Below are positions 12,301 to 26,000 of a DNA stretch of 64,000 bases, piece after piece. The stretch spans positions 12,152,001-12,216,000 of the forward strand of contig CM022666.1 of assembly GCA_012295275.1 (NCBI GenBank), given 5' to 3'. A program made the position numbers and the translations under genes. This DNA is from Chrysomallon squamiferum (Eukaryota; Animalia; Mollusca). Every line of letters starts with the position of its first letter. The stretch's first letter is position 1. The notes under the pieces are model-generated. The model searched no databases, was not told the DNA's origin, and saw only the letters and a program-made list of their open reading frames with translations.

Positions 12301-15300
12301 GTCAGTTACACTGTAAAACTCCAGGTGAAAAATAAAATTTAAAAAAATAAAAATATTTCTTAAATGTTCTTGCAAGTCCATTATTATTATTTTAAAAAGA
12401 TCAATTTTTGTAACAGAAGCCTGGAAAAAAGAAATATATATGTACATAAGTCTGTCAGTGTGTAAGACTGTACAATGTCAGTGGATTACAAACTCATCAT
12501 ATAAGCTGTTAATAATTAAAAGCTATATTTATTACATTTTAATTAAATCTTTTGTTTGTTTTTCTTTAGGGTCTTCCTGGTCCCAAAGGTTTTGATGGCC
12601 TTAAAGGTTTCCCAGGATCTGAAAGAATGGGTCTGAAAGGACACAAGGTTTGTATAAACAGACTTTTATAAATTGGTTGATCAAAATTAACATGTACCAG
12701 CAGTGGTATATTAAAAATATAAAAGAAATATAATCTCTGTAATAATAAGTTAAAATTGACTTTTCTAATCTGTCCACTATTGTGTGCATATAAAAAGGAA
12801 CTATTGAGCAGTATTTTGTTTCACTGAGTGTGGTAAATGATGGAAATGCCTGTGAAAGCATAATTGGTATAAAGTGTATTTCAGGGTGACCGTGGAGATC
12901 CTGGTCCTGCAGGGAAAGCCCCTGTTGTTGGTCCTGAAGAGGTCCTGTCTGGTGAGCGAGGTGATAAAGGTGACCGTGGCAACAAGGGACAGAGAGGACT
13001 TGACGGACGCAAAGGACCATCAGGAGATGAGGTATATACAATATTCACAGTATGCATGTGATAAACTTGTTCTTAATGACAGTAGACAAACACGTAATAT
13101 ATAACATGTAAATGTATATTACAGTCTATCTCATATAAAAACATAAAAAGAATATATTAGGAATAATAATTGCAATGAAAATTTTATAAATTTTATTTTG
13201 TATTCTGTTTATTTTTTATTTTTCTATTTTTTTTTTTATTTTCAGGGTGAACCAGGAATTAATGGTGTTCAGGGTTTAAAGGGCATGCCTGGACCATCAG
13301 GTCGCAGGGTAAGTTTTTCAATAGTTCTGTTTAGAAAGTAACCTATAGAACGGTCATGCTGTTAAGGTTAAAGTAAAGGCATAGTGTGAAGGCTATTACT
13401 ACTATAATGTCAAAGTGTAAATGAACATATTATAGGCAAAAGAAGGGTTTTATAGACTATAATGTCACTAGTATAATGTAAATGGTAGTACTAGTATAAA
13501 AGACATATAAAATAATTTCTATTATAATGGTCAAAAAATATCATTAGGGAAATTATAAAGAACTAATGTAATAGTCATAGTGTAAGTGATATCACTAGTA
13601 TAATTTAAATGGTAGTACTAGTATAAAAGGACAGTATGAATAATTTCTATTATAATGGTCATAGTGTAAAGGATATCATTAGTATAATGGAAATAATATA
13701 AAGGATATTTCTAATGTAATAGTCATAGTGTAATGGACATCATTAGTATAATGGAAATAGTGTAATGGATTTTTCTAGTGTAATGGTCATAGTGTAAAGG
13801 ATATCATTAGTGTAAAGATATTTTACACCTACACATGTTTTATATTTTTATATATAACTGATAAAAATTAAAATGTTTATAATTCCAGGGTAAAAGAGGA
13901 AAGGAAGGTCCACCTGGTCCATATGGACCTAAAGGAATGACAGGTGCTAAAGGTTTTCCTGGATTGCCAGGAGTAAATGGACTAAAGGTATTTAAACAAA
14001 TTTATAAACATGTATATATTTTTATATTTTCTGATGAGTATGTGTCTGTGTGTCTTTGTATTTTTGTATCTGTGTGTGTGTGTGATATAAATCACATTTT
14101 CCAAGGAGACAAATATTAATATAATAGAATACACAGACATATTTATTTGACTATAACAGATTATAAAACAATTACAAACTATGTATTTGTTTTACAGGGT
14201 ATGTCAGGACCTCCTGGTTATAGTGGAAGAAGAGGACCACAGGGACCTCCAGTAAGTTATATCACTTTGCATTTTAAAAATCTTTAAAATATATAACAAT
14301 ATTACTTTATTACTTATCTGAATAAAAGTAGATCTTTAAAATATATAACAATTTACTTTTTAAAAATCTTTAAAATATATAACAATATTACTTTATTACT
14401 TATCTGAATAACAGTAGATCAGGTTAGAGGCTAATCCTAGGACTAACAGTATTATCCTAGTCCAGTCAAGTTACAAACAGTTATGTGTTTTATTATAGTT
14501 GACTTCACATTTTATTAGTGTCCATGGTATTTAAAATATGTCTGTATTTTTAATAGGGTTACCCAGGCACCTTTGTCAATGGCAGTGGGACTGGAAGACC
14601 AGGACCACAGGGACGACAAGGACCTACTGGTCCCAAAGGAGACAGGGGAAAAACTGGTATTAACAGATTAAAAGTGAAAGAATGGATGTTTGTATTTGTA
14701 TGTGTGTGTGTTCTGTTTGTATGTGTTTATGTGTATTAATTGTTATTAATTAAATAGAAAAGTGTTTCATCCTTTATTATTTTTTTTCTGTTTTTCTTTG
14801 TAATACTTTTTGTTTTACATTAATATTTAGAACTTTATCTCCTTTGGTTGATTTTAAAGTTATTTTAGAAAATAACAATTAAAACTCATATAAAAAAATG
14901 TGAAAGATTTTTTTAATTGAACATTCATTTAATTGAACATTCATTTCTAGCACATTATTATTTTTTTATCAACAGCAATATAAATAACATAAATGATGAT
15001 GATGATATTAATTATGATGATAGACTTCTAAATGAAAATATTTCTTATTACAGGCTTTGATGGTGAAATTGGTCGCAATGGTTTACCAGGTTTCCAAGGA
15101 CCACCAGGACAACCAGGATTTCCTGGATTACCAGGTGTTCCAGGAATGTCAATGAAGGGTGACCAGGGTTTGCCAGGTAATTTTTATTATTAAAAAAAAA
15201 TGTTTGTGCTAATTTGTAAGAGTGGTCTTGTCAGAATTTATCATCATCTAAGGCAAATGAGTTAAATAAAGTAGTTTTTTTTATAGTGAAAAGTAAAAAA

Positions 15301-16220
15301 TATTTCATAAAGCTGTTTGATTTTTCAGGTGTGCCTGGAACTGATGGCAAGGATGGTGTTGTTGGTTTTCCTGGTGTAGGGGGTGCGAAAGGTGAGACGG
15401 GAAGACCAGGTGAAACTATTATTGGACCAGCAGGTGAAAAAGGCTACCAAGGTGTGCCTGGATTACCTGGACTACCAGGTATTCCGGGTGATCCTGGACC
15501 TTCTGGTGAACCTGGACTGCCAGGAGAGGGTGTTGAATTCCGTGGACCACCTGGATCACCTGGATTACCTGGTGACCGTGGAGAACCAGGTCATCCAGGT
15601 GTGGATGGCTTGAATGGTCTTCCTGGAGATAAAGGTAAGATACAGAATATTAATTATGTGTTCAATACCAATACAGATTATTCAAAATGATTGTTAGTTT
15701 TTGAAAATGAATATCCCCATTTCTAATCTCAGGTTTGTATCCTAAACTGTACTTTGGTTCTAATTTTCAAGTAATTTATCTTCAGTAAACTGCTAATGTA
15801 CCCATAAAATAACATATACTTTCAATATTTGTATTTACCCTTAAGACAGCAATTACAATGTATCATATTTCAGTTGATTACACATTTCATTATTTATTTT
15901 TGCGAGATATAAAAACTGAGTACATATATTATTATACTATACAACTTTAAAACACAATTTTTTTAATTTATAGTTTATAATACTTTGTAATTTTTAAATA
16001 TAGTTTTCATTGTAACAGTTGCTATTGTTTTAGGTGTTCCATTTTTTATCAGATACTTGTTAATATTTGCAGCATGAAATTTTATTTCTCCTTTATTTTG
16101 TACAACTAAAAAGGTTTCAAAGGAGATGACTGTGGCTTTTGTCCTGATGGTGTTCCTGGTTTAATTGGAGATTCTGGAGATCCTGGTCGTCCAGGTAATT
16201 CATTCTCAAAATTATTTTCA

Positions 16221-16273
<53 letters not shown>

Positions 16274-18239
16274 TACAAATTTTGAAATATTAATATTGTT
16301 TTCAATTTTTAACAAATTAGGCCAAGATGGCATACCAGGTGCTCCAGGTTTCGATGGTCCAAAAGGAAGTCCTGGTGAAGCAGGCAGACCAGGAAATGAT
16401 GGTCCTGAAGGAAAGAAGGTTTGTATTATGAAGTATTTCTGTGGTCTGATGAAAAATAATTAATCTCTATTTTATATATACCCATGTAATCATTTTGTAT
16501 CTTTCTCAATTAAGTAAAAAATGTATTATGTGGACCATAGGTTTTACACACACACACACACACACACACATGTATGCTTTGCTAATTATTAAGTATATAA
16601 ATAAAATAAAATAAAATACAAGGAAGGTAATGTCTTTTCTTATGCATCATCTGTCATTTTGTAAATTTTTGCCATTGTCTTAACACATTCTAAATTTAAT
16701 TGTTTTTTTTTGCTAGGGCTTTTCTGGACGTGATGGTGAGCCTGGCTTTCCTGGTCCTAAGGGAGAGAGGGGTGATGTGATAGGGGTAGACCTTGAGCAG
16801 TACAGAGGTCCTCCTGGTGAGAAGGGGGCACGTGGATTTCCTGGTATGCCTGGTCGAGACGGGTCAATGGGTCCTGTTGGACAAAGAGGTTTACCTGGAT
16901 TGTATGGACCACAGGGCATGAAGGTAAAGACATATTAGTTACTTATATGTATGAATCAGTAAGATGTAATAGACATAACAGTATAATGAATCTGTTGAAT
17001 ACTACATAAAATAGATGAAAGTTAAATAATTTTAAAATGTCATGTCATATTTGAATTATTTAAATTGCATTTTAATAATAAAACCACTTTTAACACAAAA
17101 TATTCACTTTATAGCATATTTTGTATTTTTTGTTTGCTTATTCTGTATTTTATAAAATAATATCGCTGTGTTCAGAAGTTGTAAAAGCTAATTAAACTAC
17201 TCTGGTCAATTTGTTTGAAAGTTATTTTATATCTTTTTCATTTCTCCAGGGTGACTATGGTCTTCCTGGTATTGATGGTCTGGATGGCTTGCCTGGACTT
17301 CCTGGTTTCTCTGGTAGAAAGGGTGAACCAGGACAGTCCATTCAAGGTCCAGTTGGTCGAAAAGGAGAAGCAGGACTACTTGGGCTGGATGGAGACCCAG
17401 GACCAAAGGGAGAAAGAGGTAAAATAATTTTTGTCTTTTATTATTATTTCTAATATATTTATTTTCTTCTTCTAATATTTTTTTATCTAGATGTTTAGTA
17501 TATTCAATACAAAACAATGCATTTTATAATATTATATTATAAAGAAGTGGATTTGCAGACAGTTCTTTCTGGGCCTAAGTACAAAACAAATATTTGATGT
17601 TATTTGTTATTGTTTATGTACATCTCTCTGTATGTGTTTGTGTGCATTTGTGTGTATTGTGTTGTGTGTATTGTGTTGTGTGTATGTGCATAAAGGTGTT
17701 TATATAAAACAATTCAAAATTCAATATCTCATTATTCATGTTAATCAGTTATCAACTGTAAAGTGAGGAAGCTAATTATATTTTTATTACCTGAAAGGTG
17801 AGAAGGGTGATCCAGTACCATTCTCAGTGAAAGAACAGTTCTATGGTGACCCAGGTGAGAGAGGACATCCTGGTTTACCTGGTCTACCTGGAGAAAACGG
17901 CCTGCCAGGTTAGTATCAGTATTTTACGAAACAGTGTTCTAACACAAGATCATTACTGAATCCAGTGGTAGTTTGTCAGCATAAAACAATAAATACTAAA
18001 CAGATTTGAATTTGAATCTGTGTAATGGAGTTCAGTGCATACCCTGTTTGTCTGTTTGGCTTGCTAAACGACTTTCTTTCTGTCTGTCTCTTTACTTATT
18101 TTTGCAGTATCTTGTTATTTCATGCATTCTGCTTAGTTTATTCATATAGAATTGTCTTATGATAGGCATTCAGCTCTATTATTTATTATTCAGTACAGTT
18201 TACTTACATAGTTTTATACACTGGTAAAAAATATAAAAC

Positions 18240-18286
<47 letters not shown>

Positions 18287-19980
18287 TTGCCATATTTTAT
18301 ATTATCTGTATATTAAAGTACATACTGTCTGTTGTGCATTCCTATTATCAAAATCAATTGCCAGTACAGTTTATTCATTGTATGTTCTGAACAGTTTATT
18401 CACATAGAATATTCATTTCTGTTCAGGTCTCCGAGGAGAAGACGGCTTGCCTGGGTTACCTGGTTTACCTGGATTAGAAGGAATGAAAGGAACAAGTGGT
18501 TTACCTGGCTTGCCTGGTGAACAAGGACGGATGGGGCCAAAGGGCTACCCAGGATTGCCAGGTGACGAAGGATTTTCTGGTTTAGATGGATTGAAGGGAA
18601 TGCAGGGAGACAATGGTCTGAATGGAATTCCTGGTGAACAGGTTAGTTTTGACAGTCTCTTTATGTCATGTAGTTTTATAATAATCTTATAGGATTGTCT
18701 GCAGTGTGACATGACATTATTTTTCAGGCTCTTTTATAGCTGACATTACATCATGATATAGAAAATGTATAATATTATAGTATAAGGGAAAGTTCATATA
18801 TAAAAAACAATTCACAATGTAATATACATACAGACATATACATACCTGTATCATACATGCACATATATATAACACATACAGATACACATAAACAGAGGTA
18901 TACACATAAACACACTTAGAAATAACCTTTAGTTTTAGCTGTAGAGGATTTTGTTGAAAATATCATCATTAAACTAATATCAGCAGGTTTCACCTTACAT
19001 CTGTTCTCAGAAATGTCTCATTAATTCAATTTGTCTAGGGTCAACCAGGAGAACCAGGTCGTGTCCTTGGTGAAGGACTTCCTGGTCCTCATGGTGATGA
19101 TGGTTATCCAGGAGAGATTGGTATTCGAGGTCCAGAAGGGTTGCCTGGATTTCCTGGACAAAATGGACTTGATGGATTTCCTGGGGAGAAAGGTTAACCA
19201 TGAATTAATTTAAATCTTTAAAATTCTGTTATGGTCATTTTATTTTATTTTATTTTATTTTTATTTTATATGTTGAAAATAATATGTGTTGATCCTTATT
19301 TATTTATTTATTTACTTAATAATTTTGTTTTATTTATTTACTAATTTATTAATTTTTTTCTGTATTTATTTATTTTGTCTTAGATATTAATAACGTATTT
19401 ATATATTTATTTATTTACTAGTTTATTATTTATTTGATCACTAAATTTATTTGTTTATTTGTTTGTTTGTTTGGTCTTTGGTATTAATATTTTAGTATTT
19501 ACTCACTTATTTGCATAGTATTTTAACTTTTTTATATATTTATTTACTTACTTGTTTATTATTAATCAGTTGTTTATTTATTTATTAAGATGTTTACTGA
19601 ATAAATATTTAAAATATGAATCTAATGAAATTATGATTCTGCTGTAGGAGATTCTGGTGATACTGGTTTAGATGGACAACCAGGACTGCGAGGCTTACCT
19701 GGTGACAGTCGTCCAGGTCTTCCAGGTGAACGAGGCTTACCTGGAACACCAGGAAACCCAGGTGAGTTCAAACAGATATTTATTCAGACATGTTAATAAT
19801 TTGTGTTTGTTTGTATGTGTGTTCATATATTAATAAAACTATGACAATGTCTTAATAAATCAAAAACAAAATTGAAAAAAAAGAAGAAAAAATTTGTTAA
19901 TAAATCCTTAATATGTTTATAAACAAATGGAAGCATGTGCGATAACCCAGAAACAAGACAAAACTTATACAAAACACTTA

Positions 19981-20012
<32 letters not shown>

Positions 20013-23000
20013 ACTCACATAAACATATACATATGACATGTCCATCACTTTAGTTATTTTTGTTTTTAAATAATAGGCTTGCCTGGCTTGAATGGTATCC
20101 GTGGTGATGAAGGGTTACCAGGACAACCAGGATTTCAAGGAAGCAAAGGAGACAGGGGTACCCCAGGAGCAGAGGGTCATCCAGGAGAAGATGGTCGACC
20201 AGGAACTATAGGAGAACCTGGATTACCAGGCTTACCTGGAAAACCAGGTAAACAGCAATGTTTTAATCTAAATTAATTTGTAATTTTCAGTTGAAATAAA
20301 AATAATAATAATAAAAAAGTATTCACTATGTTTACTGTGACATAATGCTAAAAAATATGATGACACTGTAATGGTATTGCTGTTGCATCACAGTGTAATT
20401 ATTCTGTTATATCAGAAAATATTAAAAAGATTTTTGCACCAGGCAGATTAACAATACTGTTGCTTAAAACAGTATAATAATAATAATAATAATAATAATA
20501 ATGTTATACAAGAACATATAAAAAACTGTACATACATTGTATGGTTTAATAAAGTTAGTTTAAAAAGACATACGTATCAAAATATGTTAAATGTATTAAA
20601 CTTGTAAGCATTTCTATATTTGTAAACACTGATAACTGTTTTTGCATTATGTATTTGATATTTACATTTAGGTTTGCCTGGACCCAAGGGAAACATGGGC
20701 ATGCCTGGACCTCCAGGTTTTGATGGCAGAGATGGACGCCCTGGCTCTGCAGGACTTAAAGGTAAGAAACAAAACAATTAATTGTTTCATTAATAAATTA
20801 TTTCTAAAAGATTTTATTTTTCTAAATAATTCCTCTCTTTCTCATGCTTTTTCATTTTTTTTCTATTTTTTTGATTTATGAGTCACAACATTTCAAACTC
20901 TTTACACTGATATTTCTTATTTAATAATACTTTTTTTTGTTCATAACAGGTCCTCCTGGTGACATGGGCAGACCAGGAATTCCAGGTTCAGATGGTCTTC
21001 CAGGTCCTAAAGGCTTCCCTGGAGTTGATGGAATTCCTGGTAGAACAGGTCCGAAAGGTGAACCGTCACCCTTCGGATACCCTGGACAAAAGGGAGACCC
21101 TGGTCAAGATGGTCTTCCTGGACTTCCTGGTGAACCTGGTCCAGATGGATTAAATGGTTTTCCTGGTGAGCGAGGTGATAATGGACAGAACATTGATGGA
21201 GAAATTGGTGAGCAGAAATATTTGTCAGTAAATTTAAATAATGTTGAAATTATTTTCTTGTTCTCTATCTTCTTGACATTTCAATAAAAAAGATATGAAA
21301 AGGGAGATATTATATATTTCAAACAACCTCTTTAATTTCTTCAATTTTTTTTATTGATTTTATATAACAAGTCAGTATATATATATATAAAACAGAATTA
21401 TTATAAATGAAGACATTTAAATGTTTGCAGGACGACCTGGTCTACCAGGCTTGGATGGTTTACCTGGACTTGATGGACTTCCCGGACCACCAGGACACAT
21501 TGGAGAAATGGGAATAGATGGTTAGTTTCATTTCTTTTATTTTTTAGTGTTTGTGTACCTCTGTATGTATGTGCAATTTTTGTATAATTTTTGTATAAAA
21601 ATGCATATAATTAGGTGTTTTTTCTAAAATATTTATCTATAATTACCAGAATGTTAAAATCTCTGTCATTTCTGCACACAGAATATTGTACAAACAGTTC
21701 AGTAAAAAATATGATATTACATATAGAATTATGTAACATAATTCTCAGTTTTCAGAAATCATAATATGTGGATAACAATTTACCCTTAATGAATTAATTA
21801 TTATTATTATTATTATTACTACTACTGCTACTACAGCTACCACTAGGACTACTACTGCTACTATTATGACTATATTTGTGTGCAAATTTTGTATGTTTTG
21901 TATGTACATGTATGTATTATATTTATGTATATTTTTGGTCAGGTTTGGTTGGCTTACCTGGGGATCAAGGTGATCCAGGGCTTCCTGGCCTGGATGGACT
22001 ACCTGGACATCCTGGTTTAAAGGGAGAACGTGGAGTTGATGGGGCCCCAGGAATTAAAGCTGAAATAGGCCCACCTGTAAGTTATTTTGCTAGAATGAAT
22101 CAGTGAATAAATAAATGGGCAGATCAATCAAATTCAGAAAATTATTATACATGACAGTGCATATTTGTAACAGTATGTGTAAAATCTTTGCCATCATGAA
22201 GAAAATCATAAAGAATGAGGTTTAGTTTTTTTATTTGGCTTATAGACAATGAAAAACACATGCTAATTTGTTTAATAATAATAATAATAATAATAATTAT
22301 TATTAGAAGTTAACTATTATGTGAAATTATATCTTTGAGATCTGCCTTTGTATTAACTTTACGTCTTTCCTTTTAATAATCCAGGGAGATGATGGCTTAC
22401 CTGGATTGCCTGGATTACCTGGCCAGCGTGGGGATCCTGGTTTTGAAGGCATGCCTGGATTAAATGGTGAACCAGGACATCCTGGTGATAATGGTCTTCC
22501 TGGTCTCAGTGGATTAGATGGATTGCCTGGAATGAAAGGAGAGTCTGGATTCCCAGGACAGAATGGTTTGCCTGGACCAAGAGGTCCACCAGGGGAAGAT
22601 GGTCACCCAGGTGTCCCTGGACAACCAGGACCAGCAGGAAATCCTGGTCCTGATGGACGACCTGGATTCAAAGGAGAAAAAGGACTTCCAGGTTTGTTTT
22701 CTTAGTTGTGAGTTTACTCCACTGAGTGTCTACAGAGTTTATAATATCATTTAGACATCATGGCAAACCGTAACACTTATATATCTAAAAATAAAAATGC
22801 ATATAATTAGGTGTTTTCTAAAATAGTTATCTAATTACCAAAATGTTAAAATCTCTGTCATTTCTGCACACAGAATAGTACACAAACAGTTGAGTAAAAA
22901 TTATGGATATTACATATAAGATTATGTAACTTAATCCTCAGTTTTCAGAAATCGAAATATGTGGATAACAATTTATCCTTAATTAATTATTATTATTATG

Positions 23001-26000
23001 TGTGCTATTACAACTACTATGGCTAACTATTATAATTATATTTCTGCAGGTATTGAAGGACCTACTGGCTTACCTGGACTTCCCGGACCTGATGGACCAC
23101 CAGGTAAAACTACTTTTTCAGGTGTAATATTTCCTATTTCTATTACTGTAGTTATTACATTTCTTCCTCTTTTTTTTGTTAACCAAAGAATATTCATGTT
23201 TTCTTCTGGTTTTTGTTGTTAGCATAAGTATGGCTATATTTGATATATGAAGAACCTGTTTTATTTTTAAGGACGCCCTGGCCCTCCTGGTGATGATGGT
23301 TTTCCAGGAACTCCTGGTGTGCCTGGACCTTTTGGACCACCTGGAGATGATGGTAGTTCAGGGAGACCAGGATTTAAAGGAGAGCGTGGTGATCCTGGAT
23401 ACACATTCCCTGGTCAGAAAGGTTATGCTGGAGATCCTGGTTTGGAAGGACTACCAGGTAAACTGACGTTGTAAAACAAATTTCAAATTTACAGTATAAC
23501 AATATAACTAAATTATTTTATTCTGTAGAAAATTTATGAAACTTTAACTTTGAAATTTTATATTTATTTTGTTTTAAACAATATTTATATAAAACCTATT
23601 TAGTGATAAACAGATTTTACAACAGTACAACACAGATATTTTATCTCTGATGTGAGAGTAATTAAATAAATTTTCATGTATTTTATTTAGGCCAAAGAGG
23701 ACCTGAAGGTTTACCTGGTCTGCCTGGGGTGCCAGGTGCTAAAGGCGATAAAGGTGAAAGAGGTTTTCCAGGTGTACAAGGTGAAGATGGAAGACCAGGA
23801 GAAATGGGTGCAAGAGGATATGATGTAAAATATTAACATTATATATTCATTATAGTTATTTGCTGCCTAGGGAAGTCCTGAATTGGTGGGGTACATGATC
23901 CACATATTTATATAGTGTTTCCACAGTATTAAATATCTACAGAAATACTGATTGGTGGGTGCAAGCTGTAAAACACTGACATTTGTGTTGTCTCTGTATT
24001 AAATATCTACAGAAATACTGATTGGTGGGTGAAAGTTGTAACACACTGACATTGTGTTACCTGTGTCTACAGAAATACTGATTGGTGGGTGCAAGTTGTA
24101 AAACACTATTTTGTGTTGTCTCTGTATTAAATATCTACAGAAATACTGATTGGTGGGTGCAAGTTGTAAAACACTGACATTGTGTTACCTCAGTATTAAA
24201 TATCTACAGAAATACTGATTGGTGGGTGCAAGTTGTAAAACACTATTCCTTATTACTGCATCATCAAGTAAAACATTTCTCTCTTCTTTTCTAATCATAG
24301 ATTTGTAAAACTGCTTATTACATTATAAATAATCTGTTATCATTTTACACTTATTATCAGATTAGTATATTGTGACACACATATATATTGACAAACTGGT
24401 TTTTGTTAATGACAGGGTGATCCAGGCAGAACATCATTTCCTGGTGTTAAAGGTGACCATGGAGATCCAGGTCTTAATGGATTACCTGGCCTTAAAGGTG
24501 AACAAGGGGAATCTGGTTTCCCTGGGCAAAGAGGGTTGCCAGGTGACGATGGATTGCCAGGTATGTCATATGTATGAAATAAACAAATATTCAGAACTGA
24601 CAGAAATGATACTGTTTTCAGATTTCTAATGATACTGCTGAAACCGATTTTTTATCGCATACTATCAAGTTGCATTATTTACAAACTGTACTGTATTTTA
24701 CATCGAAAGATAACAATATCCTTTAAACCACTGAACAAAATTTATATTTACTTTTTCAATTTTAAACAAAATGTGTATTTTATTGTTTCACATTTTTAAA
24801 CAAAAATTCTATCTTATAATTTCAGTTTTAATAAAAATTTATATTTTATTGTATTACAGTGTTAAACAAAATGCACAATTTCACAGTTTTAAACAAACTT
24901 TATATTAATTTTTCACTGTTTTTAACAAAATGTGTTTTTGATTCTTTGATAATATGAAGATTTCTGATTTTTTCTTATCAGGACTTAGCGGACCTCCCGG
25001 AGATCCAGGTCCAGCTCCTATTCGGATCCCTGATGGACCCAAGGGTTACCCTGGAGAACCAGGAGAGCCTGGTTACCCTGGAATTGATGGAGACCGTGGA
25101 GAACCAGGTATCAATAAACATGTTTAATTTTTAGATTTTTTTGGTGGTCAGATGTACAATTGTTTTGTAATATTTTAATGGCCCAAGAAGTAACATTGGA
25201 CATTTAGTAATAATTCAAATATTTGTCATTATACGATGATACATTTTGTTAACAAAGTTTCAGGTTATATGCCATATTTCATGGTCTGTGTTAAATCTAA
25301 GTGATACATTTGTTCAAGTTTTTTAATAATTTAGATATTCTTTGCTTTATTTACACTTTTTTGTCATGAACCATTGTTTTGAAAGTAAACAGATATATGT
25401 CAGAATCGAACCTAAGTATAGAAATCACTGGTTTGGTTATATATTATATACCACTGTGTGCCAATATTTGAAAGCTAGCAGTTGAAAAAAACAACAAATA
25501 TATGAGTTGATATATACAAAACCTGGTTTAAGTGAAAACTCCACTTTCCTCTCTTCTAGATTGGGACAAAAATAATGGATTAACAAAAACTAATATATTG
25601 CTCAAATAATGGATTAACAAAAACTAATATAAAAATACCCAGTTCATTAAATAACTGAATATTATTTTTCTTTTTATTTCAGGTTATGATGGTCTACCTG
25701 GATTACCAGGTAGGAAAGGTGAAGCTGGTTACCCTGGAGAACTTGGTGTCCATGGAGATTCTGGGGTACCTGGTATTCAAGGTCTTCATGGTCATGATGG
25801 TATGCCTGGTCTACCTGGTCTTCCTGGTATTCCTGGTAATCGAGGTCCACCAGGAGAAGCTGGTGGAGGTCCTGGTTTGTTGTTTACTAGGTATGTAGGA
25901 ATATTCAAATAAATATTTCATATATGGAATGCTATTAATTAAAAGAAGATGATACTTTCTTCATCTTCTAATTTATACTCATATTTTAATAATGTATATG

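Noticed and set aside
12601-19213. Antisense and off-frame ORFs over collagen exons (e.g. 12601-13041-, 16713-16919-, 15383-15613+)
   Set aside because: These are shadow frames of GGN-CCN-rich collagen codons.
23924-24246. CRISPR-like appearance of regularly spaced repeats (also the 56.8-64 kb arrays)
   Set aside because: The context is eukaryotic, the intervening sequences are homologous to one another and not unique spacers, and there are no cas genes.
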